The position numbers and the translations under genes were made by a program. A stretch of 64,000 bases of DNA from positions 1,954-65,953 of the forward strand of contig JACPIN010000021.1 of assembly GCA_016188065.1 (NCBI GenBank). The letters run 5' to 3'. Positions 36,356 to 46,451 of this stretch are shown piece by piece (the stretch's first letter is position 1; each line of letters begins with the position of its first letter). The stretch comes from Candidatus Woesearchaeota archaeon. GTDB taxonomy: Archaea; Nanobdellota; Nanobdellia; SCGC-AAA011-G17; ARS1403. The notes beneath the pieces were generated by a model, which was given only the letters and a program-made list of their open reading frames with translations, did not search any database and was not told the DNA's origin.

Positions 36356-36691
36356 TATTTCAATCTTTTTCTTCTCTAAATTAGGATGCACTTTTAATTT
36401 TGTTTTTGGATTGTTCAGGCTGAAAGTTTTTGTTAAGTCTTTTGGAAACGTCATTCCCCAGCTATGTCCTATCTTTATCGGATGTTTTATGTACTCTAAT
36501 TCCAGCTCTCTGGATTCTATTTTAGAAATTGCTTTCATTGCTAAATCCTCTGTAAATATTTTTTCTTTACATTTTGGACATTGCCTAGCTTCGAACTTAA
36601 TTCCGTTATACTCTATATAGGTCTTTCTCATTGGCATATTGCAGCTTATACACAATCTTTCATTTACCATCTTATTCCCTACCACTTTCAA
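36347..36691 (-). CDS. Zn-ribbon plus AbrB/SpoVT-like putative antitoxin
   Basis: 'CISCNMP...CPKCKEK' then 'IGHSWGMTFPKDL'. Confidence 0.55.
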   Translation of the reverse strand: MKVVGNKMVNERLCISCNMPMRKTYIEYNGIKFEARQCPKCKEKIFTEDLAMKAISKIESRELELEYIKHPIKIGHSWGMTFPKDLTKTFSLNNPKTKLKVHPNLEKKKIEISL

Positions 36692-36950
36692 TAATTACGG
36701 TTTTAATTAAATACTTTTTATAATTTTCAAATATCTTTTCTTTGCATATGACATAAAATGATAAATTATCTTTGAAGTACTGGTTAAATGTCACATAGTT
36801 TGCTGACAGGTGCTTTCTTTTTGCTAATCTTCCCAGCCTAACAGTGCTAAATGTCCTTTCTTTTGTATCATAATAATCCAGCCCGAATTTTTGTCCCCTT
36901 TCTAACATTCTGAAAAATGCATGAGATTCTATGTCTATTATTATCTTCAT
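36672..36950 (-). CDS. DUF4258-like putative toxin
   Basis: 'SHAFFRMLERG' motif; overlaps the downstream gene. Confidence 0.5.
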   Translation of the reverse strand: MKIIIDIESHAFFRMLERGQKFGLDYYDTKERTFSTVRLGRLAKRKHLSANYVTFNQYFKDNLSFYVICKEKIFENYKKYLIKTVIIESGRE

Positions 36951-37164
36951 GGCTCATTATAATTTATTTAAATAAATATATAAAACTTTTGGTTAAACTT
37001 TTTGTAAAACTATTTTTATGATGGAAAACTATTTAATGTGTTATATTTCTCAATAATGAATCTTTCTAGTTTATCATTTTTTTACTTTTGAATATCCTGC
37101 TTAATATATGTAACCCTACATATCTTTGAATGTTCCTATCTTGTAGGGTTATATTGCTGTTGTA

Positions 37165-37196
37165 TAATATCTCAAAGCTATAAATTTTTATAAACT
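37165..37196. repeat. right copy of the 32-nt direct repeat; also holds the TATA-like box of the downstream gene
   Basis: See 36324..36355; lies about 20 nt upstream of the ATG at 37217. Confidence 0.85.
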
Positions 37197-37216
37197 CTTC
37201 CGCCTTTTTTATTTTT

Positions 37217-38227
37217 ATGGCTGAGAGTCTGGTTTCTAAGAAGGAAAGAGCTGTCGGGATTGTGAAGGCTTATGGTCCCCTTCTGCCTGTTACTCTTGCT
37301 AAAAAGCTTGACTTGAATATTACTTTTGCTTCTGCTATTTTGTCTGAGCTTGTTGATAATAAATCTTTAGTGCTTACGAGCGTTAAATCCGGCGGAAGCC
37401 CTTTTTATTATGTTCAAGGGCAGGAGAATAAACTTCAGGATCTTATGAAATATTTGAATGGGAAAGATAAGGATACTGCTGAGCTTTTGAAGAAAGAAAA
37501 GATTTTGAGAGACCGGGATCTTGATAATTTGAAGAGATTTGGGTTGAGGCAGATGAAGGATTTTGCTGCACCTATTAAGGTAACTGTGAATAATGAAACT
37601 GATTTGTTCTGGAAATGGTATTTAGCAGATGACAAAGAAGTTAACGAGTTGATTGGCAAATATTTAGAGAGCAATTTCTCAAATAAATTTGAAAGCAAGG
37701 AAGAAGATAAGATATCTGAAAAAGAAGCCAAAGCTGAGGACATCAAAAATGGGAAGGAAGAGCAGAAAAAACTGAAAGAAATTTACGAACAAGAAGATAA
37801 ACGGGATGTAAAAATTAAGGATAAAATCGAGATTAAAACCAAACTTGAAACTGAAAAGCCTATGATTGTTAAAGAAGAGAAAATAAGACAAGAAAAATCT
37901 GAAGAAAAAAGCATTGAGACTGATGATGAAAATCGTGATATACTCGGCAGGTTCTTTGTTGACAATAAAATTGATATTATGGACCAGAAAATTATTCGAA
38001 AAAACAAGGAGATAAATTATGTTGCTGGGGTTAATACTGAAGTTGGGAAGGGGATCTTTTTCTTGAAATATAAGGATAAAGGAAAAATTAATGAAGCTGA
38101 TTTGAGCCTTGCTATGCATGAAGCAGGGAAGATTCCTTTAATATTTTTGGGCACTGGCGAATTGACAAAGAAAGCAAGGGAATTACTTGGAACTGAATTC
38201 AAAGGGGTGATATTTAAAAAGATATAA
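37217..38227 (+). CDS. winged-helix protein with a K/E-rich linker and a conserved C-terminal domain
   Basis: N-terminal wH-like 'LAKKLDLNITFASAILSELVDNKSLV...GGSPFYYV'; low-complexity centre. Confidence 0.5.
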   Translation: MAESLVSKKERAVGIVKAYGPLLPVTLAKKLDLNITFASAILSELVDNKSLVLTSVKSGGSPFYYVQGQENKLQDLMKYLNGKDKDTAELLKKEKILRDRDLDNLKRFGLRQMKDFAAPIKVTVNNETDLFWKWYLADDKEVNELIGKYLESNFSNKFESKEEDKISEKEAKAEDIKNGKEEQKKLKEIYEQEDKRDVKIKDKIEIKTKLETEKPMIVKEEKIRQEKSEEKSIETDDENRDILGRFFVDNKIDIMDQKIIRKNKEINYVAGVNTEVGKGIFFLKYKDKGKINEADLSLAMHEAGKIPLIFLGTGELTKKARELLGTEFKGVIFKKI

Positions 38228-38252
38228 AAAGATTGAATAATCTTTGTTTTTT

Positions 38253-39128
38253 ATGAGTGATTTAAAACCAGAAGGGATTTTTGGACAATATCATTATGAA
38301 AAAGAGGGAGTTGTCGGGCACTCTTGCGATGGCACCGGCAGTAAGATTGTTTTCGATTTGAAGCATGGAAACTTACATGACTCTGCTAGAAATTTAGTTG
38401 CCATGAACCTTGATGACCTTTCTTGCGAATATATTAGACCAAGCCATTTTTGGGATACTATTTTAATGGGGAAAATGAATGAGGGTTTAAAAAATAGGAT
38501 GATTAGCTCTTTGAGCTGCGTTCTTAATGCTTATAATGTTACTTTGATGGGTGGCGAGACTGCTATATTACCTTACCAATTAAAAGAAGGGAGCGTTATC
38601 TGGGACGGTTATGTATATGGAAAAGAAGAGGATATTAAGAGACATAATTTTTTTATTGATAGAAGAACTTCATTAGAGAAAGGTTTGCTGCTGTGCGCTA
38701 TTCCAGATAATAAAGGAAGCTTGGGAAGCAATGGGTTTACTTTCCTTCACGATATTCCATTTAGAAATGAGTTCATTGCACCTTGCAGGATTTATACCCC
38801 TCAAATATTAATGGCTAGGGATGATTCTTGGTTTTTCGCCCATATTACCGGTGGAGGATATAAAAATATTGAAAGAATTTTACCCGAGAATTTAGATGCT
38901 ATAATTGAATTGAGAAGCATTCCTGAAATATTTAGATATGTTCAAGATAAAGCAGGATTTTCTGATAAAGAGATGTTTGAAACTTATCATATGGGATCAA
39001 GATTAATTGTTGGAACGAAAAATGCCGGAAAATTAATGGAAATTTTTGGAAATGCTTTTGTTGTCGGTGAACTGAGAAAGGGAAATGGAAGGGTTTTTGT
39101 CAACAGAATTGGGTTAGATCCTTATTAA
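38253..39128 (+). CDS. PurM/AIR-synthase-like protein
   Basis: 'CDGTGSKIVF', 'VAMNLDDL', 'MGGETAILP'. Confidence 0.55.
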   Translation: MSDLKPEGIFGQYHYEKEGVVGHSCDGTGSKIVFDLKHGNLHDSARNLVAMNLDDLSCEYIRPSHFWDTILMGKMNEGLKNRMISSLSCVLNAYNVTLMGGETAILPYQLKEGSVIWDGYVYGKEEDIKRHNFFIDRRTSLEKGLLLCAIPDNKGSLGSNGFTFLHDIPFRNEFIAPCRIYTPQILMARDDSWFFAHITGGGYKNIERILPENLDAIIELRSIPEIFRYVQDKAGFSDKEMFETYHMGSRLIVGTKNAGKLMEIFGNAFVVGELRKGNGRVFVNRIGLDPY

Positions 39129-39129
39129 A

Positions 39130-40212
39130 ATGAGAGAATATATTTTTGTTTTTGGAAGAGAACCAGAATTAAGCTTTTTGGAAGCTGCGAGTTATTTTCA
39201 GAGCCATGATATTAATTTTAAATTAGTTGAATGGAAAAATGAAATTGCTATTTTTTTACTTGAGGACATGGATTTTGAGTTGCTGATTAAAAGACTAGGC
39301 GGAACTGTGAAAATTGCAGAGGTGTTTGCTGAATATAAATATAGTGGCAGAGAAAATAAATTGAACTATGGGATTAGCGTCTATTCTGGAAATGAAACTA
39401 AGCTAAGAAATTTTCTGGAAAGCGAGTTTAAGAAAGAAAGAGTTAAGGCACTTTTTAGAAAACCCAGGGACAAGGTGTTTATGCCTAGCGAGATATTTGC
39501 GAAGGGCTTAACTGAGTTCGTTGTATATGGAAAATATTGTGCGAGAACGATAGCAGTTTTCAATCCAAAAGACTATAAGGAAAGGGATGAAACTAGACCC
39601 AGACAGATACTGCTGCATCAAGTCAGCTTAAGGCTTGCCAGGATTTTAGTGAATTTGAGCTTTGCAAAACATAATTTGCTTGATCCTTTTTGCGGCGTTG
39701 GAACTATCTTGCAGGAGGCTATGATCTCCGGAATTGACGTTTATGGTGTTGACATCGATAGTGAAAGCATTGAAGCCAGCAAAGAAAATCTGAACTGGCT
39801 GAGAGGGAGATATAATTTAAAAAATAATTTTAAAGTCATTAAAGGCGACAGCGGGAAATTAACGGCGTATTTCAAGAGAGATGAAATTCATGCTGTTGCA
39901 ACTGAGCCTGATCTGGGCCCTTATTATAAGAAAATGCCTAGCAGGGAAAAAGTTGATGATGCTGTTAAAAGACTGGAAAACCTCTATTTGAATTTCTTTC
40001 TAGAATTGAGGCAGGTTATGAAGAAAAAAGGTAAAGTTGCGATAGTTTTGCCGAGGCTGAAGTATAAAAATGGATGCAGAGATATTAATGTTGAGAGGGT
40101 AATAAAGGGGACGGGATTTGAGATGTTTATTGCAGATAAGAAAATAAAATTGCCTATAATTTCAAAAGGCAGGTTTTTGGATAGAATGATCTATGTTTTT
40201 GAGGCTGCTTAA
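39130..40212 (+). CDS. putative RNA (tRNA guanine-N2, Trm11/UPF0020-like) methyltransferase
   Basis: 'LLDPFCGVGTILQEA', 'YGVDID'. Confidence 0.55.
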   Translation: MREYIFVFGREPELSFLEAASYFQSHDINFKLVEWKNEIAIFLLEDMDFELLIKRLGGTVKIAEVFAEYKYSGRENKLNYGISVYSGNETKLRNFLESEFKKERVKALFRKPRDKVFMPSEIFAKGLTEFVVYGKYCARTIAVFNPKDYKERDETRPRQILLHQVSLRLARILVNLSFAKHNLLDPFCGVGTILQEAMISGIDVYGVDIDSESIEASKENLNWLRGRYNLKNNFKVIKGDSGKLTAYFKRDEIHAVATEPDLGPYYKKMPSREKVDDAVKRLENLYLNFFLELRQVMKKKGKVAIVLPRLKYKNGCRDINVERVIKGTGFEMFIADKKIKLPIISKGRFLDRMIYVFEAA

Positions 40213-40320
40213 TCATACTTATTAAATCTTCTTCTAGTTGTTATTTGAAATGATCTATTCTCTTGTTTCTCTCGGTGGATGAATCATGTTGCAGTTTAAT
40301 CTAGTCTATGTTTAATTTTT

Positions 40321-40983
40321 TTATCCTAATGTTCCTCTAGGCAGAAAGATATTTTCTTTATTTTGATGTTGCGGTGCTAAGGAATAAAATATCTTACAAA
40401 CTCTTTTTCCTAATGTTAAACACTTTGGGTCGTACGACCATCTTTTAATAACCCTAACTTTTTTATCTGGAACCACTTCTTCTATTATCTCAACGAAAAC
40501 ATCTAAACACATTCCTACATAACATCCACCAACTAAATTTTCTTTTCCATCTTTAAATTGATTTAAGTCTGATAATTCTAAAGGTTTTCCTTGATTGTTT
40601 TCAGTTAAAATAACTCCATCAAATAGCCCCTCCTCAACAAAATTACAATCATTTATTATGTAGTCAATTGCATCACTTATTAGTATAGTTTTGTATCCAT
40701 CACGGTTTTTTTTAATATAATCTAATAATCTTTGTACTTGTTTTGGTCTTTTACCATTATCTATTTCTTCACAGGAAGGATGAACTACCCAGATATTTCC
40801 ATCACCTTTTGAAATTTTAAATCGCTTTTGACTAATATGTTGTCTTGTAATTTCTACTAATTTATTATAACTTGTCTTAAATTCTTTACTTTCTCTGTAA
40901 TCGACGGGAACAAATCCAAAATAAGTTTCGAGATTAAAATTGTTTAATCTTCTAGCTTCGAGTATATAGTCTTTATTTATCAT
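40321..40983 (-). CDS. hypothetical protein
   Basis: ORF only, 220 aa. Confidence 0.5.
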   Translation of the reverse strand: MINKDYILEARRLNNFNLETYFGFVPVDYRESKEFKTSYNKLVEITRQHISQKRFKISKGDGNIWVVHPSCEEIDNGKRPKQVQRLLDYIKKNRDGYKTILISDAIDYIINDCNFVEEGLFDGVILTENNQGKPLELSDLNQFKDGKENLVGGCYVGMCLDVFVEIIEEVVPDKKVRVIKRWSYDPKCLTLGKRVCKIFYSLAPQHQNKENIFLPRGTLG

Positions 40984-41178
40984 ATCAAAAATTCAGTTTT
41001 ATTATTTTTCATGATGTCTGTTTTTAAAAATAATTTTGTGATGTGCTGTGTTGCATAACTAGTTACATATTGTGATTTGGTGTACTACCGACTACAATAG
41101 GTTGTATCAAATTAATAGTCATGCAACAATGCATTTGTGATGGCAAAGTTTATAAACCTTTTTTCAAATTTTGATTTC

Positions 41179-41376
41179 ATGGGGAGAATTAAAACTCAAT
41201 TAGTGAAGAGGGCTGCCTTGAAGTTCATGCATCAGCACCCTAATACTTTCAAGAAAGATTTTTCTGAGAATAAGGTTCTACTGATGGGTGTTAGTGAGAT
41301 TTATTCTAAGAAATTGAGGAACATTATTGCAGGATACTTGACTAGATTAGTTAGACAACAAGAAACTGGAAAATGA
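41179..41376 (+). CDS. rps17e: 30S ribosomal protein S17e
   Basis: 'MGRIKTQLVKRAALKFM...'; internal ATG preferred over the track start. Confidence 0.85.
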   Translation: MGRIKTQLVKRAALKFMHQHPNTFKKDFSENKVLLMGVSEIYSKKLRNIIAGYLTRLVRQQETGK

Positions 41377-41425
41377 ATGCTCATCTATTGTTAGATGTGA
41401 GTAACTATAACAGGAGGCACAGAAA

Positions 41426-41755
41426 ATGGGGGAAGAGAAAGAAGGACCTGAATCTGGCAGGAGAGAGAGACTTAAGGATCATGTGGTGTTTATAGGTAAC
41501 AAGCCCTTTATGAATTATGTCACAGGTGTTGTCATGCAGTTTACTACACAAAATGCGAATGAGGTTGTAGTTAAGGCTAGAGGAAGATTTGCTTCTAGGG
41601 CTATTGACGTTGTCGAGGTAGCCAGGAAGAGATTTTTAGAAGGGCAGATTGATCTTGCGCCTAATGGGATAGAGATTGGGAGCGAGGAATTTCAAAACAA
41701 GGAAGGGAAAAACATTCGCGTTTCCTTTATCGAGATTAAACTTGTTAAGAAATAG
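41426..41755 (+). CDS. albA: Alba chromatin/RNA-binding protein
   Basis: 'VFIGNKPFMNYVTGVVMQF...VVVKARGRFASRAIDVVEV'. Confidence 0.85.
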   Translation: MGEEKEGPESGRRERLKDHVVFIGNKPFMNYVTGVVMQFTTQNANEVVVKARGRFASRAIDVVEVARKRFLEGQIDLAPNGIEIGSEEFQNKEGKNIRVSFIEIKLVKK

Positions 41756-41827
41756 GTTTTTCTTTTATTTATTTTTTTGAAAAGATTTAAATAGAAATTT
41801 TGTTTCATAAAACCAAGAGGTGAAATT

Positions 41828-43498
41828 TTGGCTGCTAATGTCTTTATTGAGTTAAGTATAATCCTTTCAGTTGCTACTGTTGTTGCAGCCCTGATGAGAG
41901 TTTTAAAACAGCCATTAATCATCGGATACCTGCTTGCGGGCATTTTAGTAAGCCCGTTTTTTTTGAATCTGATAAGATCGCAGGAATTGCTTTCTGTTTT
42001 TTCGCAAATTGGAGTTGCCTTTCTGCTGTTCATCGTCGGCCTGAGCTTAAATCCCAAAGTAATAAAAGAAGTTGGCAAAGCATCACTGATAACCGGAATA
42101 GGGCAGGTTGTTTTTACTTCTATTATCGGCTTCTTTATTGCAAGGCTTCTCGGATTTGAAACCATCACTTCTCTGTATATTGCTGTTGCTTTAACTTTTA
42201 GCAGCACCATCATTATAATGAAATTGCTGTCTGATAAGGGGGATCTTGAAAAATTATATGGAAAAATCTCGATCGGCTTCCTGCTAGTACAAGACTTAAT
42301 TGCTGTCCTTATACTGATACTTGTTTCATCTTTTTCAGAACCAAATCAGGCTTTGAACTCAATAATGTTTATTTTAATTAAGGGTGGCTTGATAATCTTC
42401 CTGTTGGTTTTGATTAGCTTGTATCTTTTACCCAAATTAGGATTCTTTTTTGCAAAATCCCAGGAATTGCTTTTCATGTTTTCTGTTGGATGGGGGCTTG
42501 GTCTGGCGAGTTTGTTTCATATAATTGGACTGACGCTGGAAATCGGGGCATTACTTGCCGGAATTACACTATCACTCTCTCCCTATAGCAATGAGATCAG
42601 CTCAAAGATGAAGCCTTTAAGAGATTTTTTTATAATCCTCTTTTTTATCCTGCTTGGTTCCCAGCTGGTTTTCAAAAACAATGCTGGCTTTATTTTGCCA
42701 GCAATTGTATTCTCTCTGTTTATCCTTATAGGTAATCCATTAATCGTCATGGTACTGATGGGGTTTCTAGGATATCCAAAGAAAGTTGGATTCTTTTCTG
42801 GATTGACCGTTGCCCAGATTAGCGAGTTTTCGCTTATTTTGATTGCACTGGGCATAAAAGTTGGCCACTTGCCTCAAGATGTTCTTTCCCTTATTACCGT
42901 TATTGGCTTAGTAACTATCATGGGCTCGACTTATTTCATATTATACTCTGAGAGAATCTATGCTCCACTCTCCTCATATCTAAGCATTTTTGAGAAGAAG
43001 AGAATCAAGAAAGAAAAAGGCAAGAAGAATTATGATATCATTCTCTTTGGCTACAACAGAATGGGGTATGATCTTGTGAAGAGTTTTATAAAAATGCACA
43101 AAAGATTTCTAGTTGTCGACTATAATCCTTTAACTATTTCAAGGATGCACAAAGAAAAAATAGATTGCGAGTATGGTGACGCGGATGATTTAGAGTTTTT
43201 AGAGCAGCTTAATTTTAAAATGGTTAAGATGATTGTTTCTACAGTTCCGGATTTTGAGACTAACTTGTTACTTATTAAAGAGGTTAAGAAGAAAAATAAA
43301 AGGGCGTTAGTGATAGTTGTTTCAAACCAAGTAGATAAAGCTAAACTGCTGTACAGTGAAGGAGCAACTTACGTTATAATGCCCCACTTCCTCGGTGGAA
43401 AATATGCATCCATGATGATAGACAGATGCGGATTCAGCATCCAAAGATTCAATGAAGAAAAAAATAAACACCTCAATCATCTTAAGGAGAGAAAGTAA
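41828..43498 (+). CDS. Kef-type cation/H+ antiporter with a C-terminal RCK/TrkA-N domain (TTG start)
   Basis: Multi-TM N-terminus; 'YDIILFGYNRMGYDLV' Rossmann; GAGGTGA SD 6 nt upstream of the TTG. Confidence 0.8.
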   Translation: MAANVFIELSIILSVATVVAALMRVLKQPLIIGYLLAGILVSPFFLNLIRSQELLSVFSQIGVAFLLFIVGLSLNPKVIKEVGKASLITGIGQVVFTSIIGFFIARLLGFETITSLYIAVALTFSSTIIIMKLLSDKGDLEKLYGKISIGFLLVQDLIAVLILILVSSFSEPNQALNSIMFILIKGGLIIFLLVLISLYLLPKLGFFFAKSQELLFMFSVGWGLGLASLFHIIGLTLEIGALLAGITLSLSPYSNEISSKMKPLRDFFIILFFILLGSQLVFKNNAGFILPAIVFSLFILIGNPLIVMVLMGFLGYPKKVGFFSGLTVAQISEFSLILIALGIKVGHLPQDVLSLITVIGLVTIMGSTYFILYSERIYAPLSSYLSIFEKKRIKKEKGKKNYDIILFGYNRMGYDLVKSFIKMHKRFLVVDYNPLTISRMHKEKIDCEYGDADDLEFLEQLNFKMVKMIVSTVPDFETNLLLIKEVKKKNKRALVIVVSNQVDKAKLLYSEGATYVIMPHFLGGKYASMMIDRCGFSIQRFNEEKNKHLNHLKERK

Positions 43499-43502
43499 AG
43501 AA

Positions 43503-44015
43503 TTACCTCATTGTTTGTGTTTCATATCTTAACATTAAATCTCTTGGAATCTTTATTTCCAGTAGCCTTAATGCACCCATATACTCTGTATCTCTATCTC
43601 TGTGAAAATATTTTTTAATTTCGTCTCCCAAGTAAAACCACAAAGCTGTTTGAATATCTTTTGGTTCTATAAGCGGCAGTTCCCTATGATGGATTTTCTC
43701 TTGATATTCAAAGGCTTCAAACCAGTATATTGAAATGTTTCCTTTTTTTAGCTCCCAATCATATCCTTCTCTCTTTCTTAGATGCCTTATTGTTGGAATT
43801 ATAATCCTATCCCTCTCTTCGTCGAATTTTGGACTGGAAAACATTACTCCTATCTCTAACGTTACTCTCCTTCCTATATCTTCCGGATCGAAATATTTTT
43901 TTGGAGGGAGGCTACTTGAATTTATTTCCTCTGTTTCTTTCCTTACCAGGATTAGGCTATCTTTTTGGCCAGATATTTTCTTTTTAAGATCAATGTAGAT
44001 TTCTTGCAGATGCAT
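43503..44015 (-). CDS. hypothetical protein
   Basis: ORF only. Confidence 0.5.
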   Translation of the reverse strand: MHLQEIYIDLKKKISGQKDSLILVRKETEEINSSSLPPKKYFDPEDIGRRVTLEIGVMFSSPKFDEERDRIIIPTIRHLRKREGYDWELKKGNISIYWFEAFEYQEKIHHRELPLIEPKDIQTALWFYLGDEIKKYFHRDRDTEYMGALRLLEIKIPRDLMLRYETQTMR

Positions 44016-44074
44016 TAAATTATGAATTGATACTTGTATTTAATTATTTTCGTTTTAGAACGTTTATTTTGGAA

Positions 44075-44149
44075 TGGCGCTTCGGGGATTTGAACCCCGG
44101 ACCTGCGGATCATGAGACCGCCACTCTTACCGGACTGAGCTAAAGCGCC
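44075..44149 (-). tRNA. tRNA with a CAU anticodon (elongator Met or Ile2)
   Basis: Hand fold: acceptor GGCGCTT/AAGCGCC, D arm GCTC/GAGT, anticodon loop CT-CAT-GA, T arm CGGGG-TTCAAAT-CCCCG. G37 and a U31/U39 mismatch are atypical. Confidence 0.8.
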
Positions 44150-44190
44150 TTAGAAAGAATTTCAGAAGACTTGTTTTAAAAGAGTTGCGT

Positions 44191-44622
44191 TTATCTGTAA
44201 GCTTTTTCTATTTCTAATTTTGGACATCCAGGATTATAATTATCTTCTGCCCTTGCACTTAATTTATAAAATGATTTTTTCCTGCCAATGAACACTTCTC
44301 CTTCATACCTGTATTTTTTAAATAAACTTAGAGTACTTGCAGGGCTTATGAACAAAAACAGGTTCAAACCAGCCAAGATATAGGCAAAATAAGAAGTTGG
44401 CTTTTCTGTATAATCTCCTTTGAACCTTACATCTTTCTTCTGCTCCACTGCATTTACAATTTCTTCCAATAGCTGGTTTTTTCCTGGAGACATCGGAATT
44501 TTTAATGTGTATTCTCTTTTTCTCCCTTGCCGATTTTCAAGAGTCATAATTGTCTGCCTAGAAGTATAGGCAACTATTCTTACAGGTCCATTTATTTTAT
44601 GTTTGATATCTTTTCTAACCAT
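44191..44622 (-). CDS. hypothetical protein with a central hydrophobic segment
   Basis: ORF only. Confidence 0.5.
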   Translation of the reverse strand: MVRKDIKHKINGPVRIVAYTSRQTIMTLENRQGRKREYTLKIPMSPGKNQLLEEIVNAVEQKKDVRFKGDYTEKPTSYFAYILAGLNLFLFISPASTLSLFKKYRYEGEVFIGRKKSFYKLSARAEDNYNPGCPKLEIEKAYR

Positions 44623-44623
44623 T

Positions 44624-45034
44624 TTAGTTTGTTAAATTCTGCTTGATCTTATCTACAATCTCTCTTAATTGTTTCTCTGAGAATTTTGGATTTGGCCTTT
44701 CCCAGTGGATTCCATCTCCGCTTTTTCTTGGGACTATGTGGAAATGAGCATGGTGAACTACTTGGCCTGCGACTTCTTTATTGTTTTGTATGACGTTATA
44801 ACCTTCTGAAATTTTGTTGATTGCTTTTGATATCTTTTGGACTGCCGCGATCAATGATCCTAGGGTGTTTTCATTTAACTTGTCCAATGTTTCCGCATGT
44901 GTCTTTGGAATAACTAATGTGTGTCCTAGTGAAACCGGTTTTATATCGAGGAAACCCAGAGTATATTTATCTTCATAAACTATATCCGATGGAATTTCTT
45001 TTTTTGCTATTTTGCAGAATATACAATCAGCCAT
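44624..45034 (-). CDS. HIT-family hydrolase
   Basis: 'CIFCKI', 'GQVVHHAHFHIVPR' histidine triad. Confidence 0.88.
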   Translation of the reverse strand: MADCIFCKIAKKEIPSDIVYEDKYTLGFLDIKPVSLGHTLVIPKTHAETLDKLNENTLGSLIAAVQKISKAINKISEGYNVIQNNKEVAGQVVHHAHFHIVPRKSGDGIHWERPNPKFSEKQLREIVDKIKQNLTN

Positions 45035-45668
45035 TTTTATCCAACCATTGCTGCAAAGATTTAACTGATTTTAAAACATTATCACTTTTTATTCCAAGCT
45101 TCTTAAAATCGTTTTTTTTATAAACTCCAGTTAATACTGCGATGAAATTTAATTTTGCCTTCTTTGCTGCAATGCAATCATAGATTGAATCTCCAACGTA
45201 CAAGATTTCATTCCTTTTTAGGTTTAGCTTTTTTAATGCTTTAATAAAAACGCGAGGATCTGGCTTGTGATGCTTAACATTATCTGAAGAATAAATAAAT
45301 TTGAAATATTTTGTGGATAATCCTATTTGCTTTAGATGTGGGTACATTAATGCTCTTGTTTTTGAGCTGAGCAATCCTAACTTGTACTTTTTGCTGAGTT
45401 GCACAACAACTTCCCTTGCTCCTGGAATTTGTTTTATTTTTTTGGATAAAATTTTTTTATGCTTTATTTTCTGAAACTTCTTTACATTTGCCTTTGGCCA
45501 TAGCTTTTTTATTATTATATGCGAGGGGATTCCATAAAGTTTTCTGATATTCTCAGCCTTGATTTCTCTTAAATTCAACAGTTTTGCAGTCTCTATGTAA
45601 GCTCTTGTTGATATCTCCCCTGTCTCTATTAATGTGTTGTCCACGTCGAATATTATTGCTTTTATCAT
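45027..45668 (-). CDS. HAD-superfamily hydrolase
   Basis: 'AIIFDVDNTLI' DxDxT; 'YVGDSIYD'. Confidence 0.8.
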   Translation of the reverse strand: MIKAIIFDVDNTLIETGEISTRAYIETAKLLNLREIKAENIRKLYGIPSHIIIKKLWPKANVKKFQKIKHKKILSKKIKQIPGAREVVVQLSKKYKLGLLSSKTRALMYPHLKQIGLSTKYFKFIYSSDNVKHHKPDPRVFIKALKKLNLKRNEILYVGDSIYDCIAAKKAKLNFIAVLTGVYKKNDFKKLGIKSDNVLKSVKSLQQWLDKNG

Positions 45669-46309
45669 TTTGTTCCCGAAAGTACGAATAAACCTCCAAA
45701 GAGAAATTCTTTTATTTCTACATTTTTCAGATATTTTTTAGCTTCAGTTATTATGTCCCTTTCAGATTGTGCGGCTGCTAGACAAGAAATAAATTTTACC
45801 CAGAAATTAAATATCTTTAATGGACCATTTAATAATTTTCCATCGATAATAACGACTCTTCCATTTGGCTTGACTGAATTTACCATTTTTTCCAAAGCTT
45901 TTTTCCAATTAGGGATGACTGTTAACCCTAGAGTTACCATTGCAGCATCGAATGTATTCTTATAAGAAATTTTAGCAGCATCTCCCTCTATGAACTTTAT
46001 ATTTTTCCATCCATTTTTTCCAGCTCTTTTTTTAGCAAGTTTTAGCATTTCCTTAGAATAATCAATAGCCGTAATTTTCCCTTTTGATCCTATTGAAGGG
46101 ATTATATAATCGAAATCAAAACCAGGTCCACAAGCCAGGTTTAATACATAGCCCCCTCGTTTCAAATTTAATTTTTTTGCTCCGTATTTTCTTGCTTTCT
46201 TATCTTGTTTCCAGAAGCTAATAAATCTCCCTAACTCAAAATATTTAACAAGTAGACTTTGATTGTATCTCTTTTTTACGCGTTGATGTGATTTTTTAGT
46301 GTTTTTCAT
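45665..46309 (-). CDS. class I SAM-dependent methyltransferase
   Basis: 'VLNLACGPGFD'. The track ORF's N-terminal 22 codons are actually tRNA-Ala, so I moved the start to the 'MKNTKKS' ATG. Confidence 0.72.
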   Translation of the reverse strand: MKNTKKSHQRVKKRYNQSLLVKYFELGRFISFWKQDKKARKYGAKKLNLKRGGYVLNLACGPGFDFDYIIPSIGSKGKITAIDYSKEMLKLAKKRAGKNGWKNIKFIEGDAAKISYKNTFDAAMVTLGLTVIPNWKKALEKMVNSVKPNGRVVIIDGKLLNGPLKIFNFWVKFISCLAAAQSERDIITEAKKYLKNVEIKEFLFGGLFVLSGTK

Positions 46310-46318
46310 TCTATTTTC

Positions 46319-46389
46319 TGGACCTGCCGAGAATTGAACTCGGACCTCAAGACTGCCAGCCTTGCATAATGCCATTTTACTACAGGCCC
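46319..46389 (-). tRNA. tRNA-Ala (anticodon GGC)
   Basis: Hand fold: acceptor GGGCCTG/CAGGTCC with G3:U70, anticodon loop CT-GGC-AG, T arm CCGAG-TTCAATT-CTCGG. Confidence 0.85.
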
Positions 46390-46451
46390 TTAATTCTATT
46401 GTAGAAATTAGTTTTTTAAAAACATATCGGAAAGAAAAATTTAAGGAGAAA

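Noticed and set aside
41692-42213. 173-aa minus-strand ORF overlapping the start of the Kef-type antiporter
   Set aside because: It is antisense to a well-supported multi-TM transporter gene that has an SD-supported TTG start.
45665-46375. Track ORF start at 46375 for the methyltransferase ('MALCKAGSLEVRVQFSAGPENR...')
   Set aside because: Those 22 codons are the reverse complement of tRNA-Ala (46319-46389). The true start is the ATG at 46309.
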